From contig NC_086382.1 of assembly GCF_036588685.1 (NCBI RefSeq), positions 32,798,001-32,862,000 of the forward strand: a stretch of DNA of 64,000 nucleotides, read 5' to 3'. The position numbers were made by a program, and so were the translations under genes. The DNA comes from Mytilus trossulus. Its lineage: Eukaryota. Positions 1 to 14,124 of the stretch are shown here, piece after piece. A model generated the notes under the pieces. That model worked only from the letters and a program-made list of their open reading frames with translations. It made no database searches and had not been told where the DNA came from. Position 1 is the stretch's first letter, and each line of letters opens with the position of its first letter.

Positions 1-79
1 TCCATTTATCGCGTGTTAATTATCTAACATCATTGCGCATTTTATGTTACAGTGTACAAGTACTCCCTTAACATGAAAT

Positions 80-234
80 CAGTGGCGGATCCAGGGGGAG
101 GGTTCCGAGGGTTGGACCCCCTCCTTTTTTTTGGGACGATCAATGCATTTGAATGGGGACATATAATTGAACCCCCCTCTTTTTTGTCCTGGGTTGGGAC
201 CCCCCCTTTTTTTAAATGGCTGGATCCGCCCCTG
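80..234. mobile_element. Short MITE with CAGTGGCGGATCC / GGATCCGCCCCTG terminal inverted repeats
   Basis: TIRs at both ends. Related copies at ~7851-8002, ~46435-46545, ~48952-49080 and ~50590-50704. Confidence 0.75.
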
Positions 235-465
235 TAAGTATAAACCAAACAATTAAGGATGTTCGCTATTCTTGTTTTTTGTCAATTTGTCAGATATTTG
301 TCAGATATTTAATCATTTTGTCCATTTAGTGCCAATAGAAAATGAGCTCGCTAACATAGATTTATTGCATATAGTTTTAAAATCAATTTTTGAACATCTT
401 TGAAAATACTTGTTATTTTTCATGGTTTTTGAGAGAATAATAACATTAACGGTACCAATTTTCCT

Positions 466-509
466 GCACCCGATGCGCATTTCGACAATACATGTCTCTT
501 CAGTGATGC
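466..509 (-). ncRNA. Minimal type I hammerhead ribozyme (retrozyme/Penelope-associated type)
   Basis: The minus strand reads GCAUCA-CUGAAGA-GACA(UGUAU)UGUC-GAAA-U-GCGC-AUC-GGGUGC: CUGANGA and GAAA cores, 4-bp stem II, palindromic loop III and an AUC cleavage triplet. Stem I has one mismatch. Confidence 0.75.
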
Positions 510-906
510 TCGTGGCCGAAATGATGGTTATGTTAATTTTATAAAAATCCAGAGAGAATCAATTCCCGCCTAAATTGACTATTGAAGACCTGGTGGTAAC
601 CTTCTGCTGTTGTCGGTTCTACGATCGGGTTGTTGTCTCTTTGACACATTCCCCATTTCCATTCTCAATTTTATATTTATCCCAAAAAAACAAAGCACGG
701 AGCTTTCATTTTTCTGGGTTTTTCATATTCATTTCTTTATATCCTATATATCGTTCATTTTTTTATAAGCCTGTAATTTGAAAGAGGAGCGAACATCCTT
801 AGAGGTTATTAAGCATTAATAAAATTAATCAGCTCTGAAACCGTAGGCTAAAACAACGGTTAAGCACTCGGGGTAAATAAATATATAGGAATAAAAATGA
901 CTGTAC

Positions 907-1107
907 CTGGTTGGAGTCAATACATTTCACTGTAATATCATCTCCTTTTGTGGACTGAATTTCAGCCTTAACAAATCCTTCTTTGTCGTCGGTAATCCAG
1001 AACATTTTCTTGCCATCGAATTCCTTAGTTTGTTGCGCCAATAACTTCTTCCTATCTACCATTAAGTATGGATAATCAGGATCCTTGGGATCGATTTGAG
1101 ACGCCAT
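907..1107 (-). CDS. MYH: Muscle myosin heavy chain (class II), first coding exon (N-terminal SH3-like region); gene continues beyond the left edge
   Basis: MASQIDPKDPDYPYLMVDRKKLLAQQTKEFDGKKMFWITDDKEGFVKAEIQSTKGDDITVK is a typical invertebrate muscle myosin N-terminus. The exon ends after 67 codons at the donor CAG|GTACAG (906-901). Confidence 0.92.
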
Positions 1108-1557
1108 CTTGATATAGCGAAAATGTAAAGGAGACTTTATATACTCTGGACAAGTCCGTTAAGAATTGCCGACACAGCTCTGCTCTGCAAAAGAATAGCT
1201 CTAAAATGTCAAGGATCAAGGAGAAGGAAAAAGTTAAAAATTAGGGTGTTAAGTGATTGATTCTCTGACTAGCAGTTGAGTTTATTAAGATATAAGGCTT
1301 TTTTGTCAAAAAGGAAGCACCAATGAAAGCATATAACTTCCAATGACTTTTCCGTTATTTCCCGTTCTATAGTACTAATTGAAATCCAATAAAAATAAGA
1401 TATTGTTAAATTTTTAGCCTCCAGTAATTATATTTGTCATTATCGGTTCAGTATTTATCAGAAGAAAAAAAAATCTTGAAAATATTTAAGCTTGATTTTT
1501 TAAAGTATATAGTACACAATCAAAAAGGGGAAAGGAATGAAAGGAAACACGCTGTAA

Positions 1558-1656
1558 TACTTACAAGTCTACAAGTCTAAAGCTGTCCTGGCAAGGGTTT
1601 CTGGAGTTTTTATACTATATTAATGGACACCGATTAGTTTACTGTAATCTGATTGG
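1558..1656 (-). promoter_or_regulatory. Putative myosin heavy chain core promoter with a short non-coding first exon
   Basis: On the - strand: CCAAT (1656-1652), TATAAAAA (1614-1607) and a GTAAGTA donor (1564-1558). Candidate acceptors for the next exon lie near 1185-1200. Confidence 0.55.
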
Positions 1657-4600
1657 CTGATCACTGTCATTGTCGGTTTTTGGAAAGCGATGATACTAAT
1701 ACCATGGCCAGATTATTCAACGGGGTGCTAATTATCTCCAGATATTGATGCTTCTGCTGGCACTCAATCACTGATCATATAACTTCCAAATATTAGTATG
1801 CAATCGTGTATTATTATGTACTCTGGTTGTTGCAATTTTTGGGGATGTAATTTGTTTTCATGTATTCCACTTCTCAGTAAATTATGGATTTAGATTTTTT
1901 TTTTTTTATTAATTATTGTACACTTTTTATGTATCAAAATAAAATAACTTGAAATAAATTCGTATTTTGCATAAGAAATATATACTACTAAGAAAATATA
2001 TAGCAACACAACTTTTGAACAAATTAAGTAAAACAAAATCCCAATTTATTTTTAATTTTTGTGTTTCCTTAATCTTCATTCATTTATGTATTCAAATAAC
2101 TACATATATGTTGGTTAAATTGCTGAAAGCTTCGCTGTTCGCAAACTTTGAGAAAAGGGGTCAGAATTGGAAATCATTTTATTCATTTTTTGCCGTTTTG
2201 CACATGGTCTAGTTTAAATGCACTCAGTACGTCAAATTGATGAATGTGATGCTAAAATCAAAAGTCATTACATTTTCAGTGAAAATAATATTTTTTCTTG
2301 CGAAATTATGGGAAAAAAAAGGATTTAAAGTAACAAATTTTATCCTATTTTTCAGTTTTCTTCTTCAATCAATCCAATATGCTTTAAAACATAAATGCTT
2401 TTAATTTTAGATCATTTTGAATAGTGTACACTGCTCCTCAAAGTTTTACCACTATCATGACTATTGTCAATCGATGTTTTACAAAAACTTTCTTTGAGTA
2501 AAATATTATCTATTTTACCAGATTTTGGAATATCTTAATATGTTGATTAATATTTTATATTTTATTTGCAAATTTGTATTTAATTAATTATAAGAGGTTA
2601 TTTTTTTATAAAATTCTATGATATACAATATTGCAATTTTGTCTTTTTTGTGCTTCTAGTAATCATCGTTTATTAATTTAAAGCTATACTAGAATAAACT
2701 CCGCCTTTCAAATCATTAATAATAAGTATACAAATAATTTACTATAGTACTTGAATTGGGACTTCTGCTAAATGTTCATCAAACCTCTTTGCAACAAATA
2801 AATATATGTGATATATATGCTTTCAATGCAACACTTAGATAATGAAATAACCTAGGATTATATGTAAGTTCAAGGATGTTCTATTGGAATGAGACATATA
2901 CCTATATATTGGTTAGTTTGCCAAAATAAATGTTTTCTGTTCTTAGGTACTAGTATATACATTTTGTATTGTTTCGAGCATTATTCGTGTTACGCTTCTT
3001 TGTATTTTGTCTTTTCTTTAATTTTATAAAAAGAATAAGATTCAACTATATGAATAAGAGAGATTTCTGATTTTACTTTTCGTGATGTCAAAACGTGCCA
3101 ACAAAAACAAATCTGCTCTCAATTAGTAGGACTTGATCACGTAAATATATTACAGTAATTAATGAACTATCAATAAGATGGGAATAATTTACACTTTAGT
3201 GCATGTGGTATTAATAATATGTATTTCAGAACCCCAGTAGTTGCTAAAAAAAGGCATGCTGCACAATTTTATCCAATTTGTGACGATTAAAATATACATG
3301 TATACATATTTGTTGCCGAATCAAAGATTTGTCGTTTATATAGGGGGGAGAAAAGCTCCTGAGAATTATGAGGACCATATTTTGATAAAAAAAAATCTTT
3401 AATTTTCTATCTTAAAAATTACATATTTTTTTATGGGATGGGTCGCGCGCCTGTCCACGAATGCCGCTCTTTAGCATGCACAGATATCAAATAAAGTCAG
3501 AAATAAAGGTTTAAGAGTTGTCTCACTGGCACGCATACCACATCTTCCGTTATATCTATGAAAAATGTGGTATATATTACTTTCCATAATTTACTTAAAA
3601 TTTAATTATTGTAAATATTTACATTGGCTGCCTGAAAATGTAAGTTTGTATCAACTGTTGTATGTGTACAAATATTCGACGCTGTCATATATTGCATACC
3701 TTAATTACTTTTTATATGCTTAACAGCAGCAGTCACAATTTTCCCGACCTTTATTCCGGACGGATATTATTACAAGACCTAACTATTGTATTCATTGTTA
3801 ATTTGTTCTCCGGTCATGAACATGTTTGAAATATTTGCCACTGGACGTTATGCAAATAATATGCAAGCAATCAAAGATATGTATGTAAGAATTGCCAGTG
3901 GTGTGGACAGATTTGATAGACCATGGTTTTTTATCAATATACAATCACAGTAAATGCGGATTATTAAATTATGTTTCAATTGCAAATATTTAAAACTTTC
4001 AGGTAGATGTTGCATTTTATTACAAATACTAAAATTGAGAATGAAAATGGGGAATGTGCCAAAGAGACAACAACCCGACCATAGAGCAGACAACAGCCGA
4101 AGACCACCAATAGGTCTTCAATGCAGCGAGAAACTCCCGCGTTAGAGTCAAATTTCGAATTTAAGATACCTCGGTTTATATGAATGGTTGATTTGGTTGT
4201 GGTTGCTTAACGTCCAGTGGCACATCTGTTACAGTAATGCATGTTCAGGACGATCTATAAACAAATTACCAAATAAATAGTGTCATGTGTGTTAGGAAAT
4301 ATGCATTGTATTTTACAATGCTTTCTTGCATAAATTGTTTATTTTGAACTTTTGAAATGTTTTGATATTTTGCAACATCGAGTCAATATAAATGTATGTA
4401 TAGAGTTATAAAAGTCGTTAAATTTGTGTGTTATATTAGCAAACAATCGTCTATAATGTCATTATTATATGAAAATGTCTGCATTTTATATCCGAATACA
4501 GTGATATACATAAGCTTTATTTCGAAACATTGATATGTGCGAACATTTTTCCACCGTTTGGTATAGTTTCGTGATGTTTTTATTTACTGTAGTACAAGAT

Positions 4601-5822
4601 CATACACATGTCGAGAGTTTCTACTTGGGGAAAACGACCATCATTCAGTTATATCAGAGACATGTATACTAATATATGTCTCTGGTTATACTGTTATTTT
4701 TTTTATGACGGATGTCGTAATGATAACATTTTTCAAAGATTTTTTTTTTACTTTGTTGACGGCTGTTTGTTGACATTTAATAGATGTCTTTTAAAAGAAG
4801 TATATGTACAAAAGTTAAATGAACACTTTTAAGGGGGATAACTCAAAGTATAGAAGCAGTGTCCACTGTCCATTAAACTGGTCCGCTAATTCATTAACTC
4901 GAATAATTCAGCGCCCTCTATCGGTCAATGTCCTCTCGAGGTGTAGCGATCGATAGTGAGTCGGAATATAACGACTGGATTATTCGGGTTACTAATTCAT
5001 CTAAATCTCTCCACCGTTAGTGTTCAGCGATAAACAAACACAACAGGGGTCCAGTTTATCCAGTTAACAGGACAAGACATCTCAGTTTGATACTACTTGT
5101 AATTGTCGATGGATGTCGCAATGGTCTAAATGTGTTAATTGATTAATCAGTGGGAATCTTAACGGCAGGACCATATGGCAAGATTTGCGTAAAGCTTTAA
5201 AAAAAAAATGTCCGAATTATAAAAGCAAGTTTTGAAGAAAAAAAACCCCATTTATTTCACCTTTTTTTTATTTTTTATTTTTTAAAGAGAGAAGTTTCTT
5301 TGAGATTAATATTTTTTCTGTTAAAAGCTTGAAAAGAACATACGATTGATTGTAATAAAAAGGAATTGCGGGTAAACAAACAGAAATCTTTAGGACAAAC
5401 AGGTGACACGATTCACTGTCACACAATTGTGAGGACAAATGTTCACAATTTCATATTCTGAGAAATATCCTGAAAAATGTTCTTCCTATATATCGGGATA
5501 TTGTTAACTGGGATTGGTACATATTGATTTATCAAAATGTATATGCATTATAAACAGCTAGATATATTTCTTGGCACTATAAAGCCAGTCAACTTACATC
5601 CCGCTTTCATTTCATAAGACAGCAATCCGACATCGATCAAAAAATGAATGGTTATTTTACGGTTTTCAACCTCAACATTAAACAAAACCAATACTATATA
5701 ACTATATAAAGTTTGATACACTATTCAAAAATTCAAAAGAGAAACGAACAATCTGGTATATTTTCAAACTTGGTTCAAATGATTGTCTTTAAATCAAAAC
5801 TGATTAAATTCTTTTCAAAGGA

Positions 5823-6712
5823 GTAGATCCAGTAATACCCCTTTTTTGCCCCAAAATATAGCAGTTTTACAATATTGTTAGAATTTTTAAGCTATTCGTT
5901 GGAAAGAAGAATACTTCTGTTACATGAATGTGGGCTGTTTTTTGACAATACAATGCACATATGTCGGGTACTAACATCATTATGTCATGCTAAATTACTG
6001 AACTCTTCGCATTTTTACCATTTGAGTTCAAATTTAGACGTTTTCTGTCTTAAACGAAAGTGGCCGCATTTGTGTTCATGGATTTCTTAATATTCAAATG
6101 TAAGTTGTATTTGATGATGATAGATAACATATATAAAGTTTGAGAGTAGGTCCAGTAATACCCCTTTTTTGCCCCAAAATATAGCAGTTTTACAAAATTG
6201 TTAGAATTTTTAAGCTATTTATTGGAAAGTAGAATACTTCTGTTACATAAATGTGGGCTGTTTTTTGACAATACAATGCACATATATCGGGTACTAACAT
6301 CATTATGTCATGCTAAATTACTGAACTCTTCGCATTTTTACCATTTGAGTTCAATTTTAGACGTGTTTTGTCTTAAACGGAAGAGGCCGCATTTGTGTTC
6401 ATGGATTTCTTAATATTCAAATGTAAGTTGTATTTGATGATGATAGATAACATATATTAAGTTTGAGAGTGAACACAAATGCGGCCACTTTCATTTTTGA
6501 CAAAAAAAACATCTGAAAAGTGACTTATTATGGCATATTTGATATATTTGTCATTTTTAAGCTTGAATTTAAGCGTCTTAAATGAAAAAATCAGTACGAA
6601 TCTTTCACATAAACTAAGTGAATTGACTGAAGACATTTAAGTGAAAGTATCAAACATCTTTCATCAGATGAACCTAAAATTTGAGGCCATAATCGGCCCT
6701 TACCGGACCTAC
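5823..6712. mobile_element. Non-autonomous TIR element with a 323-bp tandem duplication of its left end
   Basis: GTAG(A/G)TCCAGTAATACCC starts at 5823 and again at 6146. The right TIR TTACCGGACCTAC ends at 6712. The near-identical ORFs at 5875 and 6198 are 323 bp apart. Confidence 0.7.
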
Positions 6713-7850
6713 GTCTTTTAAAATAGCTGTTTTCAGAAGGTCGAAATAATAGTTTTTGAATTTGTTTGACTAGTGTGTAATATTGTATGCAATATTCTTC
6801 TATTTTTCGTATTATGCATCTACGTCATATGTTCGTTACAACTTTTGGGATTTATTCATTGACAAAAGTGTATTCTTATTCCGTATAACGAAGAAATGAT
6901 GTGAGTTTTATGCCAATAAAGACAGCAATCCATATTTAACTTAATTAATTGATCCATCTTATCAAGGAGGTTATAGGATCTTATGTAACCTCCTTGATAA
7001 TATGTTTATGCATTGGCATCAAGTTAATCTATCACATGTGCACTATCATTATAAGTATATGTATCGCAGAGGGATCATTTGCTATAGTATTGTTAACAAA
7101 ATAATATAATATACAACTCTACATGAAATTCATAGATTTGTAAAACATGTATGTGTAATAGGCTATATGTTATAATAAACCACTAGTACATCTTTTTCTT
7201 CTTTTGAGTATCATCGTTTGTGGTGTTTCTCAATCAAGTTTAAAAAGCAATTTATATTGATGAAGAGAACACATATACATGTGGGTATACTCATATACAT
7301 ATAGATTAACCGCAAAATCGGTAATTGCTAGACAATTTCTGTAGAGCAATGGGATACGCTTTTTCAATTACCATTTTAAGCCCAAAAAAAACATCACATA
7401 TTTGTTTTATGCTTTCTTTTTATACCAGAAGAGAGAAAATAGGAAAAATCATTTTTTCAAAAATGTTTAAAATATATATCTCTATAATTTTTTTATCATT
7501 TGGAAGGTCGGATGACTCTTAGATAGAAAAGCAGCAATTGGGACTTAATTCATTATTGTCTAAAATGTAATAACATGACCAAGGATATTAGGTACAAAAA
7601 AAAAGGATTACAAGTGTAAACTTAAAAAGACAAGAGGAAAGTGTTTTTCCTGTTTTTATGGACGTTATTTTAATCTACTTATGGAGGGTTAAGATCTTAA
7701 ACAGCGTAGTTTAAGTTAGCCACATTTTCAATTATCTGTCCAAAGTCCAGAACCGCTTTTGTAAAATCTAGTTGAGGTATTTCATATCTTATCCCCCTTA
7801 TTTAATGATTCTTATTTCTAGATTGCTATTTATTCACAATGTATATGGAC

Positions 7851-8002
7851 CAGTGGCGGATCCAGAACTTTTCCTAAGGGGGGCCCGCTGACTGACCTAA
7901 GGGGGGCCCGCTCCAGTCATGCTTCAATGATTCCCTATATAATCAACCAATTTTTCCCACGAAAGGGGGGGGGGGGCGGCCCCCTCCCCCCTGGATCCGC
8001 GC
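7851..8002. mobile_element. CAGTGGCGGATCC-family MITE
   Basis: Starts CAGTGGCGGATCC and ends GGATCCGC; same family as 80-234. Confidence 0.7.
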
Positions 8003-9644
8003 GGCTATGTGGACTGTTGATGATTTGAAACTTGATATTGTTTTACCTATTTTCACCTTTTTGTATATAAAGTTTCTCTTTATTTTTCAGATATACAAAT
8101 ATAAAGGAGATAAAGTAAAACTATGATTGCCATTTAGACAAATATATCCACCAAAAAAATAAAGTGGGTGTAGGACTGTCTCAGTACTGGAGGTTACATG
8201 TTGCGATTCAGATAATTTGTCGTTGGGTTATTATGTCATTTACGTAAATCAAACATTTTCCTTATAAATATGTTTTGTCTCATCATGGTCTCATAGAAAT
8301 GATTTCACTGTTGTTCAAATGCAAAGCAATTATTATTTTTGTAATATCAGAACCTAGTATCATATATATACTTGCCAAACAAGGTGTCCAAATTGTGAAC
8401 TTGTTATAAAAAATAAATTTTAAACTGGGGGCACGTGGGTACTTTTTTGTTTAAAACCGTGTGTGTTTTTTTATCATTTGTCCTTTGAATTTTCGAGATT
8501 AACTATGTACAACATTATCTTATATCTAATCTGATATTAAGATTCCATATTTTTGGTTAAATCTCTCGTGTAAACTGCAGGGGACGGGATTAAAGCTACA
8601 GGGGACGGGATTAAAGCCGCGATAAGTTTATTTAAACATTACATACTGTTAAATAATGTTTAAAATCAGCATGAATGTTCCTCTTTCATTAATCAAATAG
8701 CTGGATGATAGCACAGCTGGGTGGTTCCTGTTTCAATTCACACCATTACAGTCCTTTTATAGTTAATTCAAATACAAAATAATAATGATATTGCATATTT
8801 TTATGACGCGAGTGAATAAAGCAAGCATGCAATGCCTTTTCGGGATGCCCCATTATATCATAAATGTTTTTCTTTTTAAGTTTATAGTTCCATTTTAAGG
8901 ATTTTAAAATTCATTAGATGTGTACTGCAAATATGCTCATTTTATTTCGCTGACAAAAACGAGCGGAACAGCAGCAGAGTTTCTAACCAGTTGTCACCAT
9001 GTTATTGTCAATTAAGGAAATATTCCTCCGAAAAAATACATATTCTCACAAAAGTTGTTTTTAACGTAACTGTTATTCAGTTTGATAGTTATGATCGGTC
9101 AATGCAATTTACACGTAAATAACCTCTCGAATGTTTTTAATTTTAGTCAAATAAATATTTATGACTGAGACATTTCAGCAGCATACTAAGAATAAATGTT
9201 GGCACTCCTACCACATCTTAATTCTTATATCTATTATATCTGCTTTAAAAAAAATGTTTTAAAGTTAAATCATACATGTAAGATAGAGATAGAGATAATG
9301 TTGATGGCCAATCAAGTTACTAGTATGCTTTCAATTAATAATAACATTATAAACAAATCAGACAATAAAATAATTAAATTTAAATGGTTCATTTGAATAA
9401 TAATTGAATGGATTATACATGTTTTTGTACTGAGGACATGTCCAACTAGATTTGAACAAAGAGAGATAACTCCACATCTTTTTTACATTTCAGATGCGGG
9501 TGGTTTTATTTAGCAATGACTCCCAAATGTGCTGTAAGATCTGGGGTTGAAGTCATAAAACTTTGCTCAGTGCTCTGAGCACAACAATCATGCTCGAAAC
9601 ATGAAATTCAGCATTTTGATTGGTTGATTTTGGAGTAGGAGTAA

Positions 9645-12430
9645 AAAAAACTGTTAAGTTGCCTGGTGTTTCATGTAATGGCGACAAGGTACAGGTACAT
9701 GGACTTGATATAGTAGAAGGTAAGATCGATAGTGATAAAATCTCAGTTTTGAGAGATACAGGTTGTTCTACTGTATTTGTTCATAGTAGGTTTACTAACC
9801 CAGATTGTCTTACAGGTCAGACTAGAGACATATGTTTAGCAGATGGTTCAGTGAAGCAGTGTCCAGAAGTATGTATTAATATTTCTACTCCTTATATTTC
9901 AGGTGATATTATTGCATTGATCTTAGATACACCGTTTGCAGATCTGATTGTTGGAAACTATGTGAACACATCAGTACCACATAGTGTCGATGGTTTATCA
10001 GTGACTAGTGGAGAAGATATTTTTGTTTCAGGTGACTCAGTCCCATGTCATGCAGTTGAGACTCGATCTCGAAAGAAGAAGCAGGATGAAGCAGATATTA
10101 TGATTGATCAGACGAATGTTCAGCGTAGTAGCGATATACCTATATCTCATTCTATAGATTTTTCAGACGTATGCCATGATTTTAAGATTTGTGATAGGAA
10201 GCAGTTGATTGAGTTACAGAAGACAGATGAGACTTTGGATAAGGTAAAATCTTATGTAAGTGATGTGCATGATAACCCAGCATCTTATTTTATATATAAT
10301 TCAGATTTACTATATAGAGTGTATACTAAGCCAAGTGGTGAAGTTATTCAGCAAATTGTATTACCAAGCAAGTTGAGAGGAACAGTTCTTTCGTTGGGAC
10401 ATGATATTCCGTTGGCAGGTCACCTTGGGAATAAGAAAACAAGAGACAGAATCATGCAGCACTTTTTCTGGCCAGGTATATTTAATGATATTGCCGAATA
10501 CTGTAGGTCTTGTCCAGATTGTCAGATAGGTACATCGAAGGGTAGAGTACCACGTGCTCCATTGATTAGCATACCACCTATGGATGAGCCATTTCAGCGC
10601 ATTGCTATTGATTTTGTTGGCCCTTTGCCTATGACTGATGACAAAAACCGTTATGTACTTGTTTGCGTCGATTATTCCACTAAATATCCAGAAGCAATTC
10701 CTTTAAAAGACCAAGAAGCTTCTACAGTCGCTAATGCTCTTATAAGTTTATTTTCTAGAGTTGGCATACCCAGGGAGCTGTTGACAGACCAAGGCAGTAA
10801 CTTTATGTCAGAGCTGATGGTTGAGGTATGTAGACTATTAAAGATAAGTAAGTTACGCACTAGTCCTTATCATGCTATGTGTAATGGACTCTGTGAAAAG
10901 TTTAACGGTGTACTGAAGAAAATGTTGAAGGCATATGCACGACAGACACCAAAAACATGGGATGCATATATCCCCTACTTATTATTTGCATATCGGGAGG
11001 TACCAAATGAGAGTACTGGTTTCTCACCGTTTGAATTGTTATATGGCAGGCACATTAGAGGACCTCTAGCAGTACTTAAAGAAGAGTGGGAAGAGCCTAG
11101 TACATGTCAAAACTCTGTGTTGAGTTATTTATTAGACACTAGAGAAAAGTTGAGAACAATGGCTGAGTACGCCATTGAAAATGAAACAAAAGCGAAACAA
11201 AGACAGAAGTTTTATTATGATAGAAAAGCTAGAGACAGAAAGATTGAAGTTGGTCAAAAGGTGCTTATATTATTGCCTACACATACATCAAAGCTGTTAG
11301 CGAGTTGGAAAGGACCATTTATAGTGACTGATAAAGTTAGTCCTGTTGACTATAAGGTCAAGGTTAGAGGAAAAGACAAAGTATTTCATGTAAATATGTT
11401 GAAGTTATGGCATGAGCGGGTAGATAATGATCTTGATAATAATGTCACAACAGATATTGCTGCGTGCTTAAATGTAATTTCAGGTCTTAACACAGATGAA
11501 GGCACAGATGATAGTGAGATGACTACAGATATAACTCCAGTGTTGAAAAGCAAAGAAAATGTAGATGACGTTACGATCTCACCAGAATTGACAACTGTCG
11601 AAAAACAGCAGCTTAAAGAATTATTATCAGAATATGAAGACATCTTTAGTGACGTACCTAAGGTAACAAATATTATAGAACATAGAGTAGTTACAAAAAC
11701 AGATGAACCGATTTACCAACGTCCGTACCCACTACCATACGCACTTAGAGATAAGGTCAGAGAAGAGATTGACAATATGTTAGCTGCAGGTATAGTTGAG
11801 CCGTCTGACAGTCCGTATGCAGCTCCGATAGTACTGATCAAGAAAAAAGACAACACACTTAGATTTTGTGCCGATTATCGTTCCTTGAACAAACAGACTA
11901 TCTTCGACCCGATTTTTATGCCACGCATGGATGAGGTACTGAATAAAGTCAGCAGAGCACGATATATCAGTAAACTTGATTTAACTAAGGGCTATTGACA
12001 GGTACCACTTGATAAAGATAGCCGACAGAAGAGCGCATTTATAACGCCGTTCGGACATTATCAGTTTACTGTTACTCCATTTGGTATGATGAACTCAGGT
12101 GCTACTTTTGTTCGTATGATGGATAAAGTTCTGGCAGGATACGAGGAATTTGCTGACTCGTTCATTGATGATATTGGTATATTTAGCGATACATGGGAGT
12201 ACCATATTGAGCATTTAAGGGCAGTATTCGATTCACTGAGACAGGCAAACCTCGTTGCAAAACCGAGTAAGTGTTTATTTGGCTACGATGAGCTTGAGTT
12301 TTTAGGACATATTGCCGGCGGTGGCAAGATTAAGCCTGTTCAGGACAAGGTATCTGCTATACATGAATTTCCAGTGCCTGTCACGAAGAAACAGGTGAGA
12401 TCATTTCTCGGTCTGATAGGTTTCTACAAA
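9645..12430 (+). pseudogene. Truncated Gypsy LTR-retrotransposon pol, Gmr1-like order (protease - integrase - reverse transcriptase)
   Basis: Protease LRDTGCS; integrase HHCC (GHDIPLAGH...CPDC), DDE (AIDFVGP, LTDQGSNF, NGLCEKFN) and GPF; then RT (PYAAPIVLIKKKD, RFCADYRSLN, SKLDLTKGY*QVPL, FIDDIGIFS). A single nonsense codon at 11996-11998 (TGG>TGA) with the frame continuing. No gag, RNase H or LTRs seen. Confidence 0.92.
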
Positions 12431-13957
12431 GTTTTCTTCTCGAAAGTTTTATGACTTCAAGACCTTATATCAAATTTAATATAAGTTTTACAACCCTATT
12501 ATATTCGTTAACTTAGTCCCTCACCATAAAAAATCTTTTCTGAAGAAAGCTTGGTGAAATTATTATAGATATGTTTTTTATTCAGATCATTGGTGAATGA
12601 CTTTATACAATTTTCATAATAGATATAGAAAGATGTGGTATGAGTGCCAAATGAGACAACTCTCCAAGTCACATTGAATTAAAGAAAAACATTAAAAGTC
12701 AAACTAAGGGCTATAAAGGACCACACAAATTAATAGTGTAAACTCATCATTCTAACGAGAAAACCCAAGATGAAATCTGTATGAAAAAAAAACAAGAAAT
12801 GAGAAACAAATATGAACATCATATTCTTGTCTTAGGAAAGTTGCAAACAATGTCAGCTGGTGTCAACGTTTAAATGGTACCAAACCTTCACCCTTATCTG
12901 AAGCAAAAGTATAACATCATATACATAAATCACTTGATTTGCTGTATGTTCTTAACTTATTTCCATCTTTAGCTCATTATCATTATTTAGTTCTTCATGT
13001 AAAAGACCTATAAATTATATATAAAATGAAGACTCGAGATAGTTTACAGTTAACAGATTGTATAGACACTTCACACGTCTATTGTGTTGTGAACAGTATG
13101 TTGACCTCTAGAGGCCCTTCTAGGTTTGAAAGCACCGTTGGATTGCTGTCTCATTGACGTTTACACTCAACATCCTTTTTGATATTGTTTTTACCTCTCT
13201 AAAGGTTCTAATCTTTATTCAAGCGTCATGTCTATCAATGAAATCCCCGATTCCAAAATAACTAAACCATGAAAATGAGGTCAAGGTCAGATCATACCTG
13301 CCAGTTGGAAATGTACACCTTACAATACTTCCATACACTAAATATAGTAGACCTATTGTTTAAAATATCTGAAATATGGGCTTAACCTAGTTCACTGATC
13401 CATGCGCTGATATGGTTTTTCGAGGTCGGGGTCAAATGAAAACTGTCTGACATGAACGTTGACTCTGTAAGGTACGCACATACCAAACGCAGTTATCCAA
13501 TAACTCATAATAAGAGGGAAATATTACTACTATCTTTTTTATATATTTATATATATTCTCGTTATGTAGTCTAATAAGCGAAAAATAAAAACAATAAATG
13601 ACAGAAGAACAACCAATATTGACATGTTGAGAAAATAACGGAAAATTAAAATAGTCGCCCTCATAAAAACAGAGTATTATAATTGATATCAATAAAATTT
13701 CTTTGAGAAAATGAAATTAAATAAAGGTAAATAAATAAATAAATACAATAAAAAAAAACATGAAGCCATGTCCCATTTATGTATACCACTTATCAAAAGA
13801 TGTAGATATACGAATAGGAAATAAGATAAGAAATGCACTTCATAAAGTTATTAAATATAAGTATTATTAGTTGCACAGTGTGCGCTATTGAATTTTAAAT
13901 ACGATATATATGGGTCAGTAAATTCCATATGGGTGAGAGCAAACTATACTTATACAG

Positions 13958-14124
13958 TGACTCAACCAATCAATAAAGACATTTAAAATACTTTTTAAAT
14001 ATACCAAAAAAATCGGGTATTTCCACTGTCACCTTACCACAAACAAGCTTCCTGTTTATACCAGACAGATGTAGAGCGTACAAAAGTTTGATGTTGTTTA
14101 AAACGTAACCGGTATATGGTAAGT
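13958..14124 (+). promoter_or_regulatory. Candidate inducible promoter and non-coding first exon of the TIR-DD-CARD gene
   Basis: AP-1 TGACTCA at 13958, CCAAT at 13966, kappaB-like GGGTATTTCC at 14015, ETS CTTCCTGT at 14048 and a GTAAGT donor at 14119. Confidence 0.45.

Noticed and set aside
829-906. C-terminal 25 aa of the listed myosin ORF
   Set aside because: Intron read-through beyond the GT donor at 906.
5875-6413. Two near-identical 71-aa ORFs
   Set aside because: By-products of the 323-bp duplication inside a MITE; TTG starts.
8580-8620. 21-bp direct repeat GGGGACGGGATTAAAGC; also GCTAGCGAACAATA x3 at ~54417
   Set aside because: Simple slippage duplications with no further structure.
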